A stretch of DNA of 64,000 nt from a virus, in IMG/VR virus record IMGVR_UViG_3300045988_182490, one strand, 5' to 3'. Shown one piece after another: positions 16,926 to 27,559 of this stretch; the first letter of the stretch is position 1, and every line of letters begins with the position of its first letter. Below the pieces are notes generated by a model. That model worked only from the letters and a program-made list of their open reading frames with translations, was not told where the DNA came from and did no database searches. The position numbers were made by a program, and so were the translations under genes.

Positions 16926-18104
16926 ATGAGCCTTAAGAGCTGGGCAGCCACAAATGAAAATCAAATAGAAGAGTGGTTGAATAATCGGGAATATACAAAA
17001 CTATTAAATGAATATTATAAGACATCGGATCAATCCATTACCAGATTAGCCGTGTCATTTCAGTGTTCCAGAAGAGCACTAAACAGGTATTTGTCCGGGC
17101 AAAGACAGGTCCCGTTTTCAATCATTAAAATCATGTTAAATACCCTTGGAATAAATACTGCCATTAATGATACAAATATAGATGATAATTCATACATGGT
17201 ATGGAGAGGTGAGCCCGATACACTCTTCAACCTTATGTTTGCATATAGAATATTGCATATGAAATGGAATAAATTCGAAGCGGCGTGCAACCTTAATATA
17301 CCTATCGAAAAAATTTCAGATTATGAATGTGGACTGCGAAAAATGCCGGTTTCCGATATCAAAAAAATTTTGGAAGTATATGGATTAAAAATAGAAGAAT
17401 TATTTCCAGAATTAGTGTCTTATGATGGAAGAAGAACATTTCTTCCTTTGCGTCCTGTTAGTGAATTTAGTATTGATGGAACCAAATATGACATCCTTTA
17501 TGATGAAAAGCCATTATATATGTCACCTCAAAAAGAAGAACTTTTGATTTGGCCTAGTTTTCCAATAATGAGATATAATTGTGACGGAACGCCATTGCTA
17601 AATTATATGCCGAATGAATTAACGATTGATGAATACATTAATACAAGTGATTTAATTTTTCTAAAAAAGGATTATGAAACATATTTCGAATACGATTTTT
17701 CCGGGAAAAAGCTCCCGCCATCATATCGTCATTTATTGGAAAAAAGCAAAAAATCATACTCAGTGAAAATCCATACAAAAGTAATTAGTGATATTATATT
17801 TACGGATGATTATAATGTAATATTGCAGGTCGGATCTAAAAATAATACATTTGATTTACATGATTATGTTTTTTCAGATAGTATTTGGTATTCCATGCTT
17901 CAAGATATAACTTATTTTTGGCAAGGTAAATTAAAATATATAGGACATCAAATATTCCAAAATCTAAGTATTGTATGGCCTGATGGACAATATGTTCGCA
18001 TTATCGAGCTATATTTGGATAAATATCCAAATCAGCATTTAACAAATAAAACAGGAATAGGTGGCAATGAATTTTATGATAACTGGACCGATTACGAAAT
18101 TTAA
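16926..18104 (+). CDS. tandem-HTH (XRE-like) domain protein with large C-terminal domain
   Basis: 392 aa; two HTH-like segments (residues about 35-75 and 105-150). Confidence 0.5.
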   Translation: MSLKSWAATNENQIEEWLNNREYTKLLNEYYKTSDQSITRLAVSFQCSRRALNRYLSGQRQVPFSIIKIMLNTLGINTAINDTNIDDNSYMVWRGEPDTLFNLMFAYRILHMKWNKFEAACNLNIPIEKISDYECGLRKMPVSDIKKILEVYGLKIEELFPELVSYDGRRTFLPLRPVSEFSIDGTKYDILYDEKPLYMSPQKEELLIWPSFPIMRYNCDGTPLLNYMPNELTIDEYINTSDLIFLKKDYETYFEYDFSGKKLPPSYRHLLEKSKKSYSVKIHTKVISDIIFTDDYNVILQVGSKNNTFDLHDYVFSDSIWYSMLQDITYFWQGKLKYIGHQIFQNLSIVWPDGQYVRIIELYLDKYPNQHLTNKTGIGGNEFYDNWTDYEI

Positions 18105-18116
18105 CCGAAAATACTT

Positions 18117-18141
18117 AAAGAGGCTTAGGCCTCTTTTTTTA
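18117..18141 (+). terminator. intrinsic terminator
   Basis: AAAGAGGCTTAGGCCTCTTT hairpin plus T-run. Confidence 0.6.
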
Positions 18142-18194
18142 TTTCTTTTTTCTGACATATTATTTTTATAAATAAAGAAAAAAGGAGAATAATT

Positions 18195-18773
18195 ATGGCA
18201 AATATTAACGGATTAAGTATCAAAAAGGTAAGAAGTTTTGTGGGCCCGGAAGGTCACGTATATCAGGGTGATTTATATCTTGGAAAGAAAAAGATTGCTT
18301 TCTGGAGCCAGGATGCAAATGGTGGTATCGAAGATCATCTTACCATGGAACCTGAATATAGCGAAGCAAAACTACGGAAGGCAATTATTGCTGCAAATTC
18401 TGATAAAGCTATAGTGTTGCACCCTAATGGTAGCAATAATTCATTCACCATCGATTACGACATTGAAGAACTTATGTATGATTTATTATTTCTTTTGGAT
18501 TCTGAAAAAGAATGGAAGAAAGGTATAAAGGGCGGTTATTCGGGGTTACTTCAGATTACCGACGGATATCATATAGCTGGATATCATCTGCCGGATGCAT
18601 GGAAGGAATTGGCGAAGACGACTGACGAAGCACTACATTTGATTGACCAGAATTCATTGAAGGAAGATTACGAAAAGATGCGCAAAGGTCGTGATATAAA
18701 AGCACAGATTTTCTGGAATGATTCTGATTTTTCTATTGGAAATCCAATTCTGTTGGAAAATATTTTGAAATAA
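18195..18773 (+). CDS. hypothetical protein
   Basis: 192 aa; AAGGAG RBS. Confidence 0.55.
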   Translation: MANINGLSIKKVRSFVGPEGHVYQGDLYLGKKKIAFWSQDANGGIEDHLTMEPEYSEAKLRKAIIAANSDKAIVLHPNGSNNSFTIDYDIEELMYDLLFLLDSEKEWKKGIKGGYSGLLQITDGYHIAGYHLPDAWKELAKTTDEALHLIDQNSLKEDYEKMRKGRDIKAQIFWNDSDFSIGNPILLENILK

Positions 18774-18818
18774 TAAAATTGAAAAAAGTACAGTTAGGCA
18801 ACTATGGAGGAAAATAGG

Positions 18819-19130
18819 ATGAAAGCTATATTAGTTTGGTCAGATAGAACAAATATGAAATACAGCTTATTTGATGATAAAGATGGAATATCCGGATATG
18901 AAAGAGCAGTAGAAGCGATGTATAAAGAATTTGATATCTATAATCAGAAGAACATTATTCCTAATCCTTATGTGTACAAAGGGAATGATTACTGTTACTT
19001 TGAAGCAAATGGGCAAGAACCTTATATTTGGAAGGTATTTAATGTTCCAGAAGAAAATACTATTATTTCATTTAGTTCGTGTCCAGATGCACAGGAATTT
19101 TTTGGACATTTATTTGCCGGGTGCCCTTAA
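18819..19130 (+). CDS. hypothetical protein, LIWSD paralog
   Basis: 103 aa; MKAILVWSDRTNMKYSLFDDKDGISGYERAVEAMYKEF parallels 19185 ORF. Confidence 0.5.
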   Translation: MKAILVWSDRTNMKYSLFDDKDGISGYERAVEAMYKEFDIYNQKNIIPNPYVYKGNDYCYFEANGQEPYIWKVFNVPEENTIISFSSCPDAQEFFGHLFAGCP

Positions 19131-19184
19131 TATCTAGATATTTTTAAATAGTTAAATTAATAATACAACGGAGGAAACTAAAAA

Positions 19185-19910
19185 ATGAAAGCAATGTTAA
19201 TTTGGTCCGATGGGACAGAAATCAATCAGTCTATTTATGAAGATAAAGACGGAGTAAGTGGAGTAGATAGAGCCGTAGCACAAATGCATAAAGAGTATGC
19301 AGAGCATGGCGATAACCCGGATGAAGAATATGGTTCCTATGAAGGAGATAGAGATTGCTGCTACTGTAATGATAGCGAAGATATGTGTCATTGGCAGGTA
19401 GTTGAACTGCCGGAAGATAAGAATTTTGTTTTACCGCTGTTATATCCTGATGCCATGGAGCTTCTCGGGACACTAATTGATAGCGTGGAATATTTCCTTG
19501 ATGATAAGGGCATTACTCCGGAAATGCTTCCGAATGCAGATAGAGAAAGCAATTCCGATGCCGCTCTTATTTATGGAACAGACTATGATGATCTTGCAAA
19601 CCGGTTTGCTGTCAATCTTGGAATCAGTATCGATCCAAATGATTACTATAATGACCCGGAAAAAGTGGCAAAAAAGATTGCAAATCATTTACCGAAAGAT
19701 ATACTGTATGCAGCATATAGACGGCAACAGATGCTTTATCGCGTGGATGATGTGTATAGCCATGCGGACGATCTCGGAATTGAAATTTCGGATGAAGAGG
19801 CTGAGCAGATTGCTGAAAAGTTTATTGAGAATTATGACTGTAATGTTGCGGAAAATGACCTGTTTCGGGAATTGATCAGAGATTTTAACAAAAACAGGAA
19901 AAGAAACTAA
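19185..19910 (+). CDS. hypothetical acidic protein, LIWSD paralog
   Basis: 241 aa; MKAMLIWSDGTEINQSIYEDKDGVSGVDRAVAQMHKEY. Confidence 0.55.
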   Translation: MKAMLIWSDGTEINQSIYEDKDGVSGVDRAVAQMHKEYAEHGDNPDEEYGSYEGDRDCCYCNDSEDMCHWQVVELPEDKNFVLPLLYPDAMELLGTLIDSVEYFLDDKGITPEMLPNADRESNSDAALIYGTDYDDLANRFAVNLGISIDPNDYYNDPEKVAKKIANHLPKDILYAAYRRQQMLYRVDDVYSHADDLGIEISDEEAEQIAEKFIENYDCNVAENDLFRELIRDFNKNRKRN

Positions 19911-19993
19911 ATAACAAATAGGAAAAAGGATCCTTATGGATCCTTTTTCTGACATATTATTTGCATCAAGGAAGAAAGGTGGAGAATCTATAG

Positions 19994-20176
19994 GTGAAAA
20001 AACATAAAATTGAGGCCAAAAACAAAATTGCAATTAAAGGGGATAGAGATGAACCCATTATAGTAGCAATTCAGGATATTAAACAAGCTCATCCAGAGTT
20101 ATACAGAGAGTTATCGAAAGTGATTGATATTGAGCTTTGGGACGGATATTCCCTTATGATTCAGGAAGAAGTTTAG
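19994..20176 (+). CDS. hypothetical small protein (GTG start)
   Basis: 60 aa. Confidence 0.35.
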   Translation: MKKHKIEAKNKIAIKGDRDEPIIVAIQDIKQAHPELYRELSKVIDIELWDGYSLMIQEEV

Positions 20177-20270
20177 AAAAAATTAAAAAATACCAAATTA
20201 TATGCCTACGGGCTGCCCGGTGTCATGCGACCAACCGGATATGCCCATTGGGGCATAGATTGGAAAATAT

Positions 20271-21848
20271 ATGAACGACAATTTTATAAATTTTTATCCT
20301 ACTCCGAAAGAGTTATTCAGAGATATTACTTCTAAACTTCATTGGTGGACGATCGATGGCATTCTGGAACCTTCTGCTGGCAAGGGAAATATGGTTGATT
20401 ACATACTGGAAGAGAGATTAGATCGAAATATTGATTGCATTGAAATTAATCCAGAATTACAAGCAACATTAAAAGGAAAGGGATATTCGGTTATCCATGA
20501 TGATTTTCTTACTTTCATTCCGAAGTACCATTATGATCTGATTCTCATGAATCCTCCGTTTGATATGGGAGCAGCACATCTTCTGAAAGCCATAGATATT
20601 CAAAAAAATGGTGGAAAAATCATTTGTATCCTGAATGCTGAAACTATTCGCAATCCGTATACGAATGAAAGAAAAGTGCTTGTACAAAAATTGGAGGATC
20701 TGAATGCAAAAATTGAATACCGAGAAGACGAATTTACATCTGCCGAACGAACAACAAATGTAGAAATCGCAGTTGTTTATATTGATATTCCTGAGAAAAA
20801 TGTAGCATCTGTTATTTTTGAGAATCTGAAACAAAAGTATTATACTGATCAGAAAGTAAAAGAAGTTACCGACATCGTAGATAACGATTATCTTTCCGCA
20901 GCCGTAACACGTTTTAATATTGAAGTGGATGCTGGCATTAAACTTATTCGTGAGTATAAAGCAATGAAACCGTACATTATGGAAACATTGAATAAAGATA
21001 ATGAATATGCTAAACCTACACTTTCCCTATATGTCGGAGATAAAGGCGATCTTTCGGAGATTTCTTATGTTCGTAAAGTACGAAGAAAATATTGGGAAGC
21101 CTTATTTAAAGATAAGCGCTTTATCGGTCCCATGACAGAATCCATGCGAACAGAATATAACTCTAAGGTTCGCAAATTAGAAAAGTATGACTTTAGTATT
21201 TCTAATATCAAGGAACTTCAAATTCAGATGTGCGGAAACTTGATCAAAGGAATCGAAGACACTATAATGTCTCTCTTTGATGAATTATCATATAAACACA
21301 GTTGGGCTGCTGAATTCGGGAATAATATTCATTATTATAACGGCTGGGCTACAAATAAAGCATGGTATGTTAATAACAAAGTAGTTCTCCCATCCTATGC
21401 ATGGAGCAAACTTTGGAATAAATTTGATTTTTCATATTCCGTTTCAGAAAAATTTGGAGATATAGAAAAAGCTTTTAATTATTTAGCCGGCTGCCCAGGT
21501 GCAGAAATTTCCATATATACAATTCTGCGTAACGCAGAACACTCTGGACAGACAAAAAATATTGAGTGTAAATATTTCACTTTAACATTTTATAAAAAAG
21601 GAACCGTGCATATTACATTCAAGGATCCGGATCTGGTAAAGAAGCTGAATATCTTTGCAGGAAAGAATAAAAATATGTTACCCCCTTCCTATGGAACGAA
21701 AGCGTATTCTGATATGACAACTGAAGAAAAAGCCGTTGTAGACGAGTTTGACGGTGGAGAAGAGGAGTATAATAAAATATATTCCAACCCAGAAAAGTAT
21801 TTAGTCCAGAATAAGTCAGACTTGCTTCGTTTAGAAGAAATAGCATAA
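20271..21848 (+). CDS. N6-adenine (or N4-cytosine) DNA methyltransferase, orphan
   Basis: 525 aa; motif I-like EPSAGKGNM and catalytic NPPF; no adjacent restriction enzyme. Confidence 0.7.
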   Translation: MNDNFINFYPTPKELFRDITSKLHWWTIDGILEPSAGKGNMVDYILEERLDRNIDCIEINPELQATLKGKGYSVIHDDFLTFIPKYHYDLILMNPPFDMGAAHLLKAIDIQKNGGKIICILNAETIRNPYTNERKVLVQKLEDLNAKIEYREDEFTSAERTTNVEIAVVYIDIPEKNVASVIFENLKQKYYTDQKVKEVTDIVDNDYLSAAVTRFNIEVDAGIKLIREYKAMKPYIMETLNKDNEYAKPTLSLYVGDKGDLSEISYVRKVRRKYWEALFKDKRFIGPMTESMRTEYNSKVRKLEKYDFSISNIKELQIQMCGNLIKGIEDTIMSLFDELSYKHSWAAEFGNNIHYYNGWATNKAWYVNNKVVLPSYAWSKLWNKFDFSYSVSEKFGDIEKAFNYLAGCPGAEISIYTILRNAEHSGQTKNIECKYFTLTFYKKGTVHITFKDPDLVKKLNIFAGKNKNMLPPSYGTKAYSDMTTEEKAVVDEFDGGEEEYNKIYSNPEKYLVQNKSDLLRLEEIA

Positions 21849-21939
21849 AATTAGAAGAAGCCCGTGAGGGCTTTTTCTATGCAGAAAAAATTGGCCTCTA
21901 AATAAATCTTTCATATTAATTATAAATTTGGAGGTTAGA

Positions 21940-22806
21940 ATGGCAATCGTTTACAGATATATTGATTTACGCGATAATATCATTAAATATGTTGGAATCG
22001 TATGGGCAAATAATCGAACTTTAGATGATAGGATCCGGGAGCATAGTGCAAATGATTCCTGGTGCAAAGGTGGATATTGGAAAGTAGAATATCTAAACCG
22101 GGATATTCAAAACCGTATGGATGCCGAACTTTTAGAAGCACATTATATAGGAAAATTTGATACGGGTAAATGGTATAATACCTATAAATCTTCCTGGGGA
22201 CGATCTACATTATTAGATGATTCAAATGATCAATGGATCGAATATGGAATTATCTGCAATACATTTTCAAATACCGTATCTTCGAAATATGATTCGTTAA
22301 AAATTCAATGGATTGGAACACCCAATGATACATATTCTGTGCAGCTATCTGTAATAGATATTAAAGAGCAGCGTGAAATTTGCCTATCTTTAAATCATTG
22401 GATGGATGCTAGGATAAAAGAAAATAAAAACATCGCTTTTGCAAGCATAAAAGTTTTTTATCTATGGTTTCTTGAAAATATTGCATGTATTAATAATCCA
22501 GAATTAATGATAAATCATATTATTTGCAGCAAATCTCCAGTAGTGATAAACGCGGATATCGAGTTATTTCCAACTGCTATAACAGGAGAGTATAATAAAA
22601 TAATTATAAACGGCATTCCTCTCGAAATTGAAGGAAATAGTATATTAATAAAGTATGAAAATGCTTCTAAAGGAACCACTTATAGAGATTTTGTATATTC
22701 TCCTTTTATAGAAAATAGTAATGATATAATTTGTTCACTACATAGCCTAGAATCATATTTAGATCCCAATAATTTTTATGATGAATTTATGTATTCAGAA
22801 GAATAA
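21940..22806 (+). CDS. GIY-YIG domain endonuclease (homing endonuclease-like)
   Basis: about 288 aa; N-terminal VYRYID...NIIKYVGIV...RIREH GIY-YIG signature. Confidence 0.55.
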   Translation: MAIVYRYIDLRDNIIKYVGIVWANNRTLDDRIREHSANDSWCKGGYWKVEYLNRDIQNRMDAELLEAHYIGKFDTGKWYNTYKSSWGRSTLLDDSNDQWIEYGIICNTFSNTVSSKYDSLKIQWIGTPNDTYSVQLSVIDIKEQREICLSLNHWMDARIKENKNIAFASIKVFYLWFLENIACINNPELMINHIICSKSPVVINADIELFPTAITGEYNKIIINGIPLEIEGNSILIKYENASKGTTYRDFVYSPFIENSNDIICSLHSLESYLDPNNFYDEFMYSEE

Positions 22807-22868
22807 ACAAAAATTATATATATTTTTCTGTCATTATAAATATATCAAGAAAATAGGAGGAAAATAAT

Positions 22869-23471
22869 ATGAGTTGGATTGGTGGAGGTATTGTTATTGA
22901 TGACATTTCTGAAAAGAGTCTTTCTTATGCAAAGGCCATGATCAGATCCCGTGTTCTCGATGAGGGAAATTGCGGTGAATTTCCCAATCTTTGGAATTCT
23001 ATTTTTCCGATTATAGATTTTGCCCCTGGAGTAATTTTTTCGAGTTATACTGCGGCAGAAAATTATTTGGAAAAGAACAGGAATAAATGGGGACGAAAAA
23101 CTAATGTAGCGGTAGCTTTCAGAAATACCATTGAAGCAAAAAATACAAAGAGAATGGAAGAATTGAAAAATAGACAGGCAACGGAACTTGTAAAAGTAAA
23201 TGAAATGACGAAGGCTTCTTATATCAAGAATTACAAGTCAGCTATTATCAGTTGTGCTAAATGTAATTCCAAAATTAATAAGGAGTATATTCCTGATTAC
23301 AGATGCCCGATTTGTAACGCAGATATGCGGTCTGAATCGACAATTAAACGAATCGATGCACACAGAAAAAATGTTGAAACGATTCAGAAAGAAATTGATG
23401 CTGAAGTGAAGAAACAGGAAAGAAAATTACCGGTAAAATATCTGGTGATGTACGAAGAATATGTTGGCTAG
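22869..23471 (+). CDS. hypothetical protein with C-terminal zinc ribbon
   Basis: 200 aa; CAKC...CPIC. Confidence 0.5.
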   Translation: MSWIGGGIVIDDISEKSLSYAKAMIRSRVLDEGNCGEFPNLWNSIFPIIDFAPGVIFSSYTAAENYLEKNRNKWGRKTNVAVAFRNTIEAKNTKRMEELKNRQATELVKVNEMTKASYIKNYKSAIISCAKCNSKINKEYIPDYRCPICNADMRSESTIKRIDAHRKNVETIQKEIDAEVKKQERKLPVKYLVMYEEYVG

Positions 23472-23671
23472 ATGGAAATGGTAAAATCAAGAAAATTTGA
23501 TAAAGTATAAAAACCTGGCTATTTAATAGTCAGGTTTTTTAAAATCTATTTTCTGTCATATTAGAGATATCAAAATAAAGATAAATGGAGGATATATAAT
23601 ATGATAATTTATAATAATGGAACGATTTCTGTTCCGGAAAAAATTATGCCACATTAGCAAATGCTGTAAGT

Positions 23672-24178
23672 ATGTCAGATATTTGCATGGATACATGTAA
23701 TTTAGAAGATATTCGTTATGAAAATGGAAGAGCTTATTTTGATTTGGATTGTGATCGCTGTATGGGTGATTTAGAAAATAAACTGAATAAGTTGATTGAT
23801 TTTTTGCATGAAATTGGAATAACAGATATTTTGATAGATATTAACATTTCCGGAGAATGTGAAGGAAAATATATTTACGAAGATAGAAAAATCGTTTATT
23901 TGTCTCCGGATGAAGTTGCTGTTAGAGAAATGGCTTCCACTGATGAATTAATTGCCGAACTCAAAAGAAGAGGTTGTGATGTTATTAAAACGGACGATCT
24001 TATCAAGAAGTTGAGAGAATCTCAGGTAAAAGCAGCTAAATGTATTGGTTTTATTGCCGGCATGGTATCTCAGATATGGGTCATTAATGATCTTCTCGGA
24101 AAATTAATCGAAGATTATGGTGGAGAACCATACAAGGTTGAAAACGGGAAGCTTGTTATAAAAAACAAAGAAAATTAA
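23672..24178 (+). CDS. hypothetical protein
   Basis: 168 aa; no RBS of its own, an 18-codon ORF with strong RBS lies just upstream (23601-23657). Confidence 0.4.
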   Translation: MSDICMDTCNLEDIRYENGRAYFDLDCDRCMGDLENKLNKLIDFLHEIGITDILIDINISGECEGKYIYEDRKIVYLSPDEVAVREMASTDELIAELKRRGCDVIKTDDLIKKLRESQVKAAKCIGFIAGMVSQIWVINDLLGKLIEDYGGEPYKVENGKLVIKNKEN

Positions 24179-24194
24179 AAGGTGGTAAAGCGAG

Positions 24195-24572
24195 ATGATT
24201 TTGAATGCGAAATGTATAGATTGCAAGGAACCCACGAAATTCGTGGCAGGCTTTTTTGATGGAGAGAATGGAAGCCACGGTTGCCTTTACGACTGCCATA
24301 ACAAAAAATGCGAAATAAAGCAAATAAAGGAAATATCTGCGTCAAAGGAAGTGCAAGAAAGATCGAGAGTACAGCTTGCCAACGGTGATAAGGGCATGTA
24401 TGCTGGATATATTGCGGCACTACGGAGAGATGCGAAAGTAACCATGTTTAGAATGGCGCAGATCGGTGGTTGCAGTTCGGCAGATTACAGTGCATATGAA
24501 AATGAGCGGAAAGAATTTGATCCGGAAGTGTATCGGAAATGCAAAGAGTACCTGAATGCAGTGAGGAATTAA
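24195..24572 (+). CDS. hypothetical Cys-rich protein
   Basis: 125 aa; AAAGGTGG RBS. Confidence 0.5.
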   Translation: MILNAKCIDCKEPTKFVAGFFDGENGSHGCLYDCHNKKCEIKQIKEISASKEVQERSRVQLANGDKGMYAGYIAALRRDAKVTMFRMAQIGGCSSADYSAYENERKEFDPEVYRKCKEYLNAVRN

Positions 24573-24616
24573 GTATGTAACTTAGGAGTTTCTTTGGGAG
24601 AATGGAGGCAGTGAAA

Positions 24617-24871
24617 ATGTCAGACATTACAGAAATTATCAATATTATAGAAAAATCATGGGGAGTGAATTCTATTGGTAGTCCTTTCGGTTCATGCACA
24701 GAAAAATTTGCGAATGAAAAGATGATAGAAATTGCCAATAAAAATAATTTTCCTGATGATGTACTTAAATTGATTAAAGCTAATCCGATTAAGTTTCATA
24801 AATATCAGAAATTTGACAATGGGCGTGGTATAGGTAGATACTATGCAAATTTGGTAAGACAAATAAATTAG
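24617..24871 (+). CDS. hypothetical small protein
   Basis: 84 aa; GGAGG RBS. Confidence 0.45.
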   Translation: MSDITEIINIIEKSWGVNSIGSPFGSCTEKFANEKMIEIANKNNFPDDVLKLIKANPIKFHKYQKFDNGRGIGRYYANLVRQIN

Positions 24872-24959
24872 GAGAATACATGAAAGTAAAAAATGAAGAA
24901 GTCAGATATTATCAGCCAAGATTTAAAAGGTGGTAACTTGGGATTTAGCGGAGGTATGC

Positions 24960-25181
24960 ATGGATATCAAGAGTAATAAAGAGGATTATAAAAAGGCATT
25001 AAAGAAAGCACATGAAGAATATCCTTTAATGAAAGGTAAATACAGAAATAAGCCAGATGAATGCGATCATAATTATTCTTTCTGCGTATTTTGCGATGGC
25101 GGGGATTGGGACATTATGCGCTGTCCAAAATGCGGATCAGAAAGAGTTATGAGATGCACTTTCGATGATGATTTTGATTAA
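24960..25181 (+). CDS. small zinc-ribbon protein
   Basis: 73 aa; CDHN...CVFCDG...CPKCGS. Confidence 0.45.
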   Translation: MDIKSNKEDYKKALKKAHEEYPLMKGKYRNKPDECDHNYSFCVFCDGGDWDIMRCPKCGSERVMRCTFDDDFD

Positions 25182-25204
25182 CATTTAGCGGAGGAGACAA
25201 TATT

Positions 25205-25564
25205 ATGTGGAAAAGAGGTAAAACTGTTACGGAATTGGAACGAGATAAAATTGCAGAAATTGCAGATAAATACGAAGTTCCAAAGCGAGACGTAACATCT
25301 ATGTTTCAAAGCGGACTGAATTTCAATAAAAAAAATGACAATTTTGTCATAGGTAAAAAAGGAACAGGAATGGTTCGACTTTTTATAAAACCGATTAATA
25401 AAATCCAGATTGGAGATATTGTAGAAATTAAAGCGCAAGTCGTTGATTATAATGACGGGGACAAAAAAATAAAGCTTAGAATCACTGGTTATGCACCGAA
25501 TAAGATAACTCCCGTAGATAGATATATCTGGGTAAAATATACTGATATTAATAATTTAAACTAA
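25205..25564 (+). CDS. hypothetical protein
   Basis: 119 aa; AGCGGAGG RBS context. Confidence 0.5.
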   Translation: MWKRGKTVTELERDKIAEIADKYEVPKRDVTSMFQSGLNFNKKNDNFVIGKKGTGMVRLFIKPINKIQIGDIVEIKAQVVDYNDGDKKIKLRITGYAPNKITPVDRYIWVKYTDINNLN

Positions 25565-25587
25565 CGATTTAAGGAGAAACAGAATAT

Positions 25588-25851
25588 ATGGTCAGAAGTG
25601 TAGATACATTCTTCATAAACGGAGAAAGCTTTATTAATTATTGCTCAGATAATGACTTTAATTATACAATTTATATTGGACAAAAATGTAAAGTTTTGAG
25701 AAATGGAAAGTGTTTTATAGGTACGCTGCACGAAGTAGACTCAAACAAAAATACATTCTCGATAAAACAAAATAATGGAGAAATAATAGAAATAAATTGT
25801 GCTGATGTAGAAAAAGTTTTCAGCGAAGAGGAAATTGGAACGATAAATTAG
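25588..25851 (+). CDS. hypothetical small protein
   Basis: 87 aa. Confidence 0.45.
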   Translation: MVRSVDTFFINGESFINYCSDNDFNYTIYIGQKCKVLRNGKCFIGTLHEVDSNKNTFSIKQNNGEIIEINCADVEKVFSEEEIGTIN

Positions 25852-25873
25852 GATTTAGCGGAGGAAATAAATT

Positions 25874-26785
25874 ATGGGAATGACGAGAAATCAACTTGCC
25901 TTAGTGCGATATGTGGCTGAAAACAATATACAAAAAGCAAAAGATGCAGCTCTTTGCTGTTGCGCTGAGGATACAACTCAGAAAAATCATTATGCAGTCA
26001 CAAAATATCAAAGTTTGTTACGATCTGGTGGAATGAATCTTATGGAGCTACCAGCAAATGTTTCCAGTTTTGCAACGATGGAAGATCTGACAAATACATA
26101 TTTGGAAAACAGATATTATTTAACGCAGGATGAAAGAAAGTTATTTGAGCTAATCAAGAACATGAACGATGTGAGTTTACAGCTTATGGAGAAACAGATC
26201 CCGTATTTGAATGCAACATTGCTCTATGGCGAGAGCGGAGTCGGGAAGACGGCTTTTTCCAGGTATGTAGCATATAAACTTGAAATGCCGTATTTATATG
26301 TGAATTTTTCAAGAATGCTTGATAGTTATCTTGGTGGAACTGCAAAAAATCTTACGAATCTGTTTAATTTCATCAATCAGCATCAATGCGTTGTAATGTT
26401 GGATGAAATCGACAGCTTGGCAGTAAAGAGGGAATATGGTGGAGGAGGAGCGAGCGCAGAGGTTTCCAGAAGTACAACATGCTTGTTACAGCTGTTAGAT
26501 GCAGTTACTAACGACCATGTAATCATTGCCGCAACAAACCTCATAGATGATGTTGATACTGCAGTGAAGCGTAGATTTACAGAAAAGCATGAATTGCATC
26601 GTCTTTCATCAGAAGATAATGAACGGTTTATCAGACAGTACCTTGATGATGCAGGCTTTTCTTATGATTTGGATTCTATTAGAAAGTATGCTACAGAAAA
26701 TCATTCACAGGCTGAAATTATGACACATGTAACAAGAAGTATTGCCAGTACGCTTATCAACAAGGGTGAACTGGTAATGTTGTAA
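25874..26785 (+). CDS. AAA+ family ATPase
   Basis: 303 aa; Walker A GESGVGKT, Walker B VVMLDEID, sensor/Arg-finger region AATNLIDDVDTAVKRRF. Confidence 0.8.
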   Translation: MGMTRNQLALVRYVAENNIQKAKDAALCCCAEDTTQKNHYAVTKYQSLLRSGGMNLMELPANVSSFATMEDLTNTYLENRYYLTQDERKLFELIKNMNDVSLQLMEKQIPYLNATLLYGESGVGKTAFSRYVAYKLEMPYLYVNFSRMLDSYLGGTAKNLTNLFNFINQHQCVVMLDEIDSLAVKREYGGGGASAEVSRSTTCLLQLLDAVTNDHVIIAATNLIDDVDTAVKRRFTEKHELHRLSSEDNERFIRQYLDDAGFSYDLDSIRKYATENHSQAEIMTHVTRSIASTLINKGELVML

Positions 26786-26811
26786 ATTAGGATTTAACGG
26801 AGGAAGTGAAG

Positions 26812-27249
26812 ATGGCTATATTAAATTATACCACTACGGTGGATAGCTTAAAGACGGTGTCAGAAATTGAATATATCTTGGTGAAGCACAATGCCAAAAG
26901 CATCATGAAAAATTATGATGGTGAGAGTATTATGGGGTTGTCCTTTTTAATCGATACTGGCGTCCAGCAGATTCCGGTAAGACTGCCGGTGAGAGTAGAT
27001 GAATGTCTGGAAGTGCTGAAGAAAGAAAAGAAAAACAGCCCTCGCAGCAACATTAAAGCAACCAGGGAACAGGCTGAGCGTGTGGCGTGGAGGATCCTGA
27101 AGGACTGGGTAGAAGCGCAGATGGCGCTGCTGGATATTCAGATGGTGCGATTTGAAGAAATATTTCTGCCGTACATAGAAACCGAAAATGGACAGACCAT
27201 TTATGAGAGACTGGAAGAAAAACAGTTCCTTCTTAAAGCGATAAACTGA
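26812..27249 (+). CDS. hypothetical protein
   Basis: 145 aa; GGAGG RBS. Confidence 0.5.
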   Translation: MAILNYTTTVDSLKTVSEIEYILVKHNAKSIMKNYDGESIMGLSFLIDTGVQQIPVRLPVRVDECLEVLKKEKKNSPRSNIKATREQAERVAWRILKDWVEAQMALLDIQMVRFEEIFLPYIETENGQTIYERLEEKQFLLKAIN

Positions 27250-27276
27250 AATATTAAGATTTATGGAGGCATTTGT

Positions 27277-27510
27277 ATGAGAAAAATACATGAATGTGCA
27301 GAAGATATAAAAAATATTTTAAATGATGCAGAACGAACCGAAGAGGTTGACGGAGATATGTTATGTAGTATTAATGAGTTGGTGGATGAAATTTTATCAA
27401 TATATTGTTTAGAAAAACAACAAAGAAAAATGGCTATAGCTGAAGAAAATGAGATTCTATCAGAAGAGGCTAAAAAAGCAGGATGGAAGTCTGGTGTTAT
27501 GAACATCTAA
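27277..27510 (+). CDS. hypothetical small protein
   Basis: 77 aa. Confidence 0.45.
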   Translation: MRKIHECAEDIKNILNDAERTEEVDGDMLCSINELVDEILSIYCLEKQQRKMAIAEENEILSEEAKKAGWKSGVMNI

Positions 27511-27559
27511 ACTGAAAGTTAAATTACAATATTTAAAAAATTCATGGAAACATGAATTT

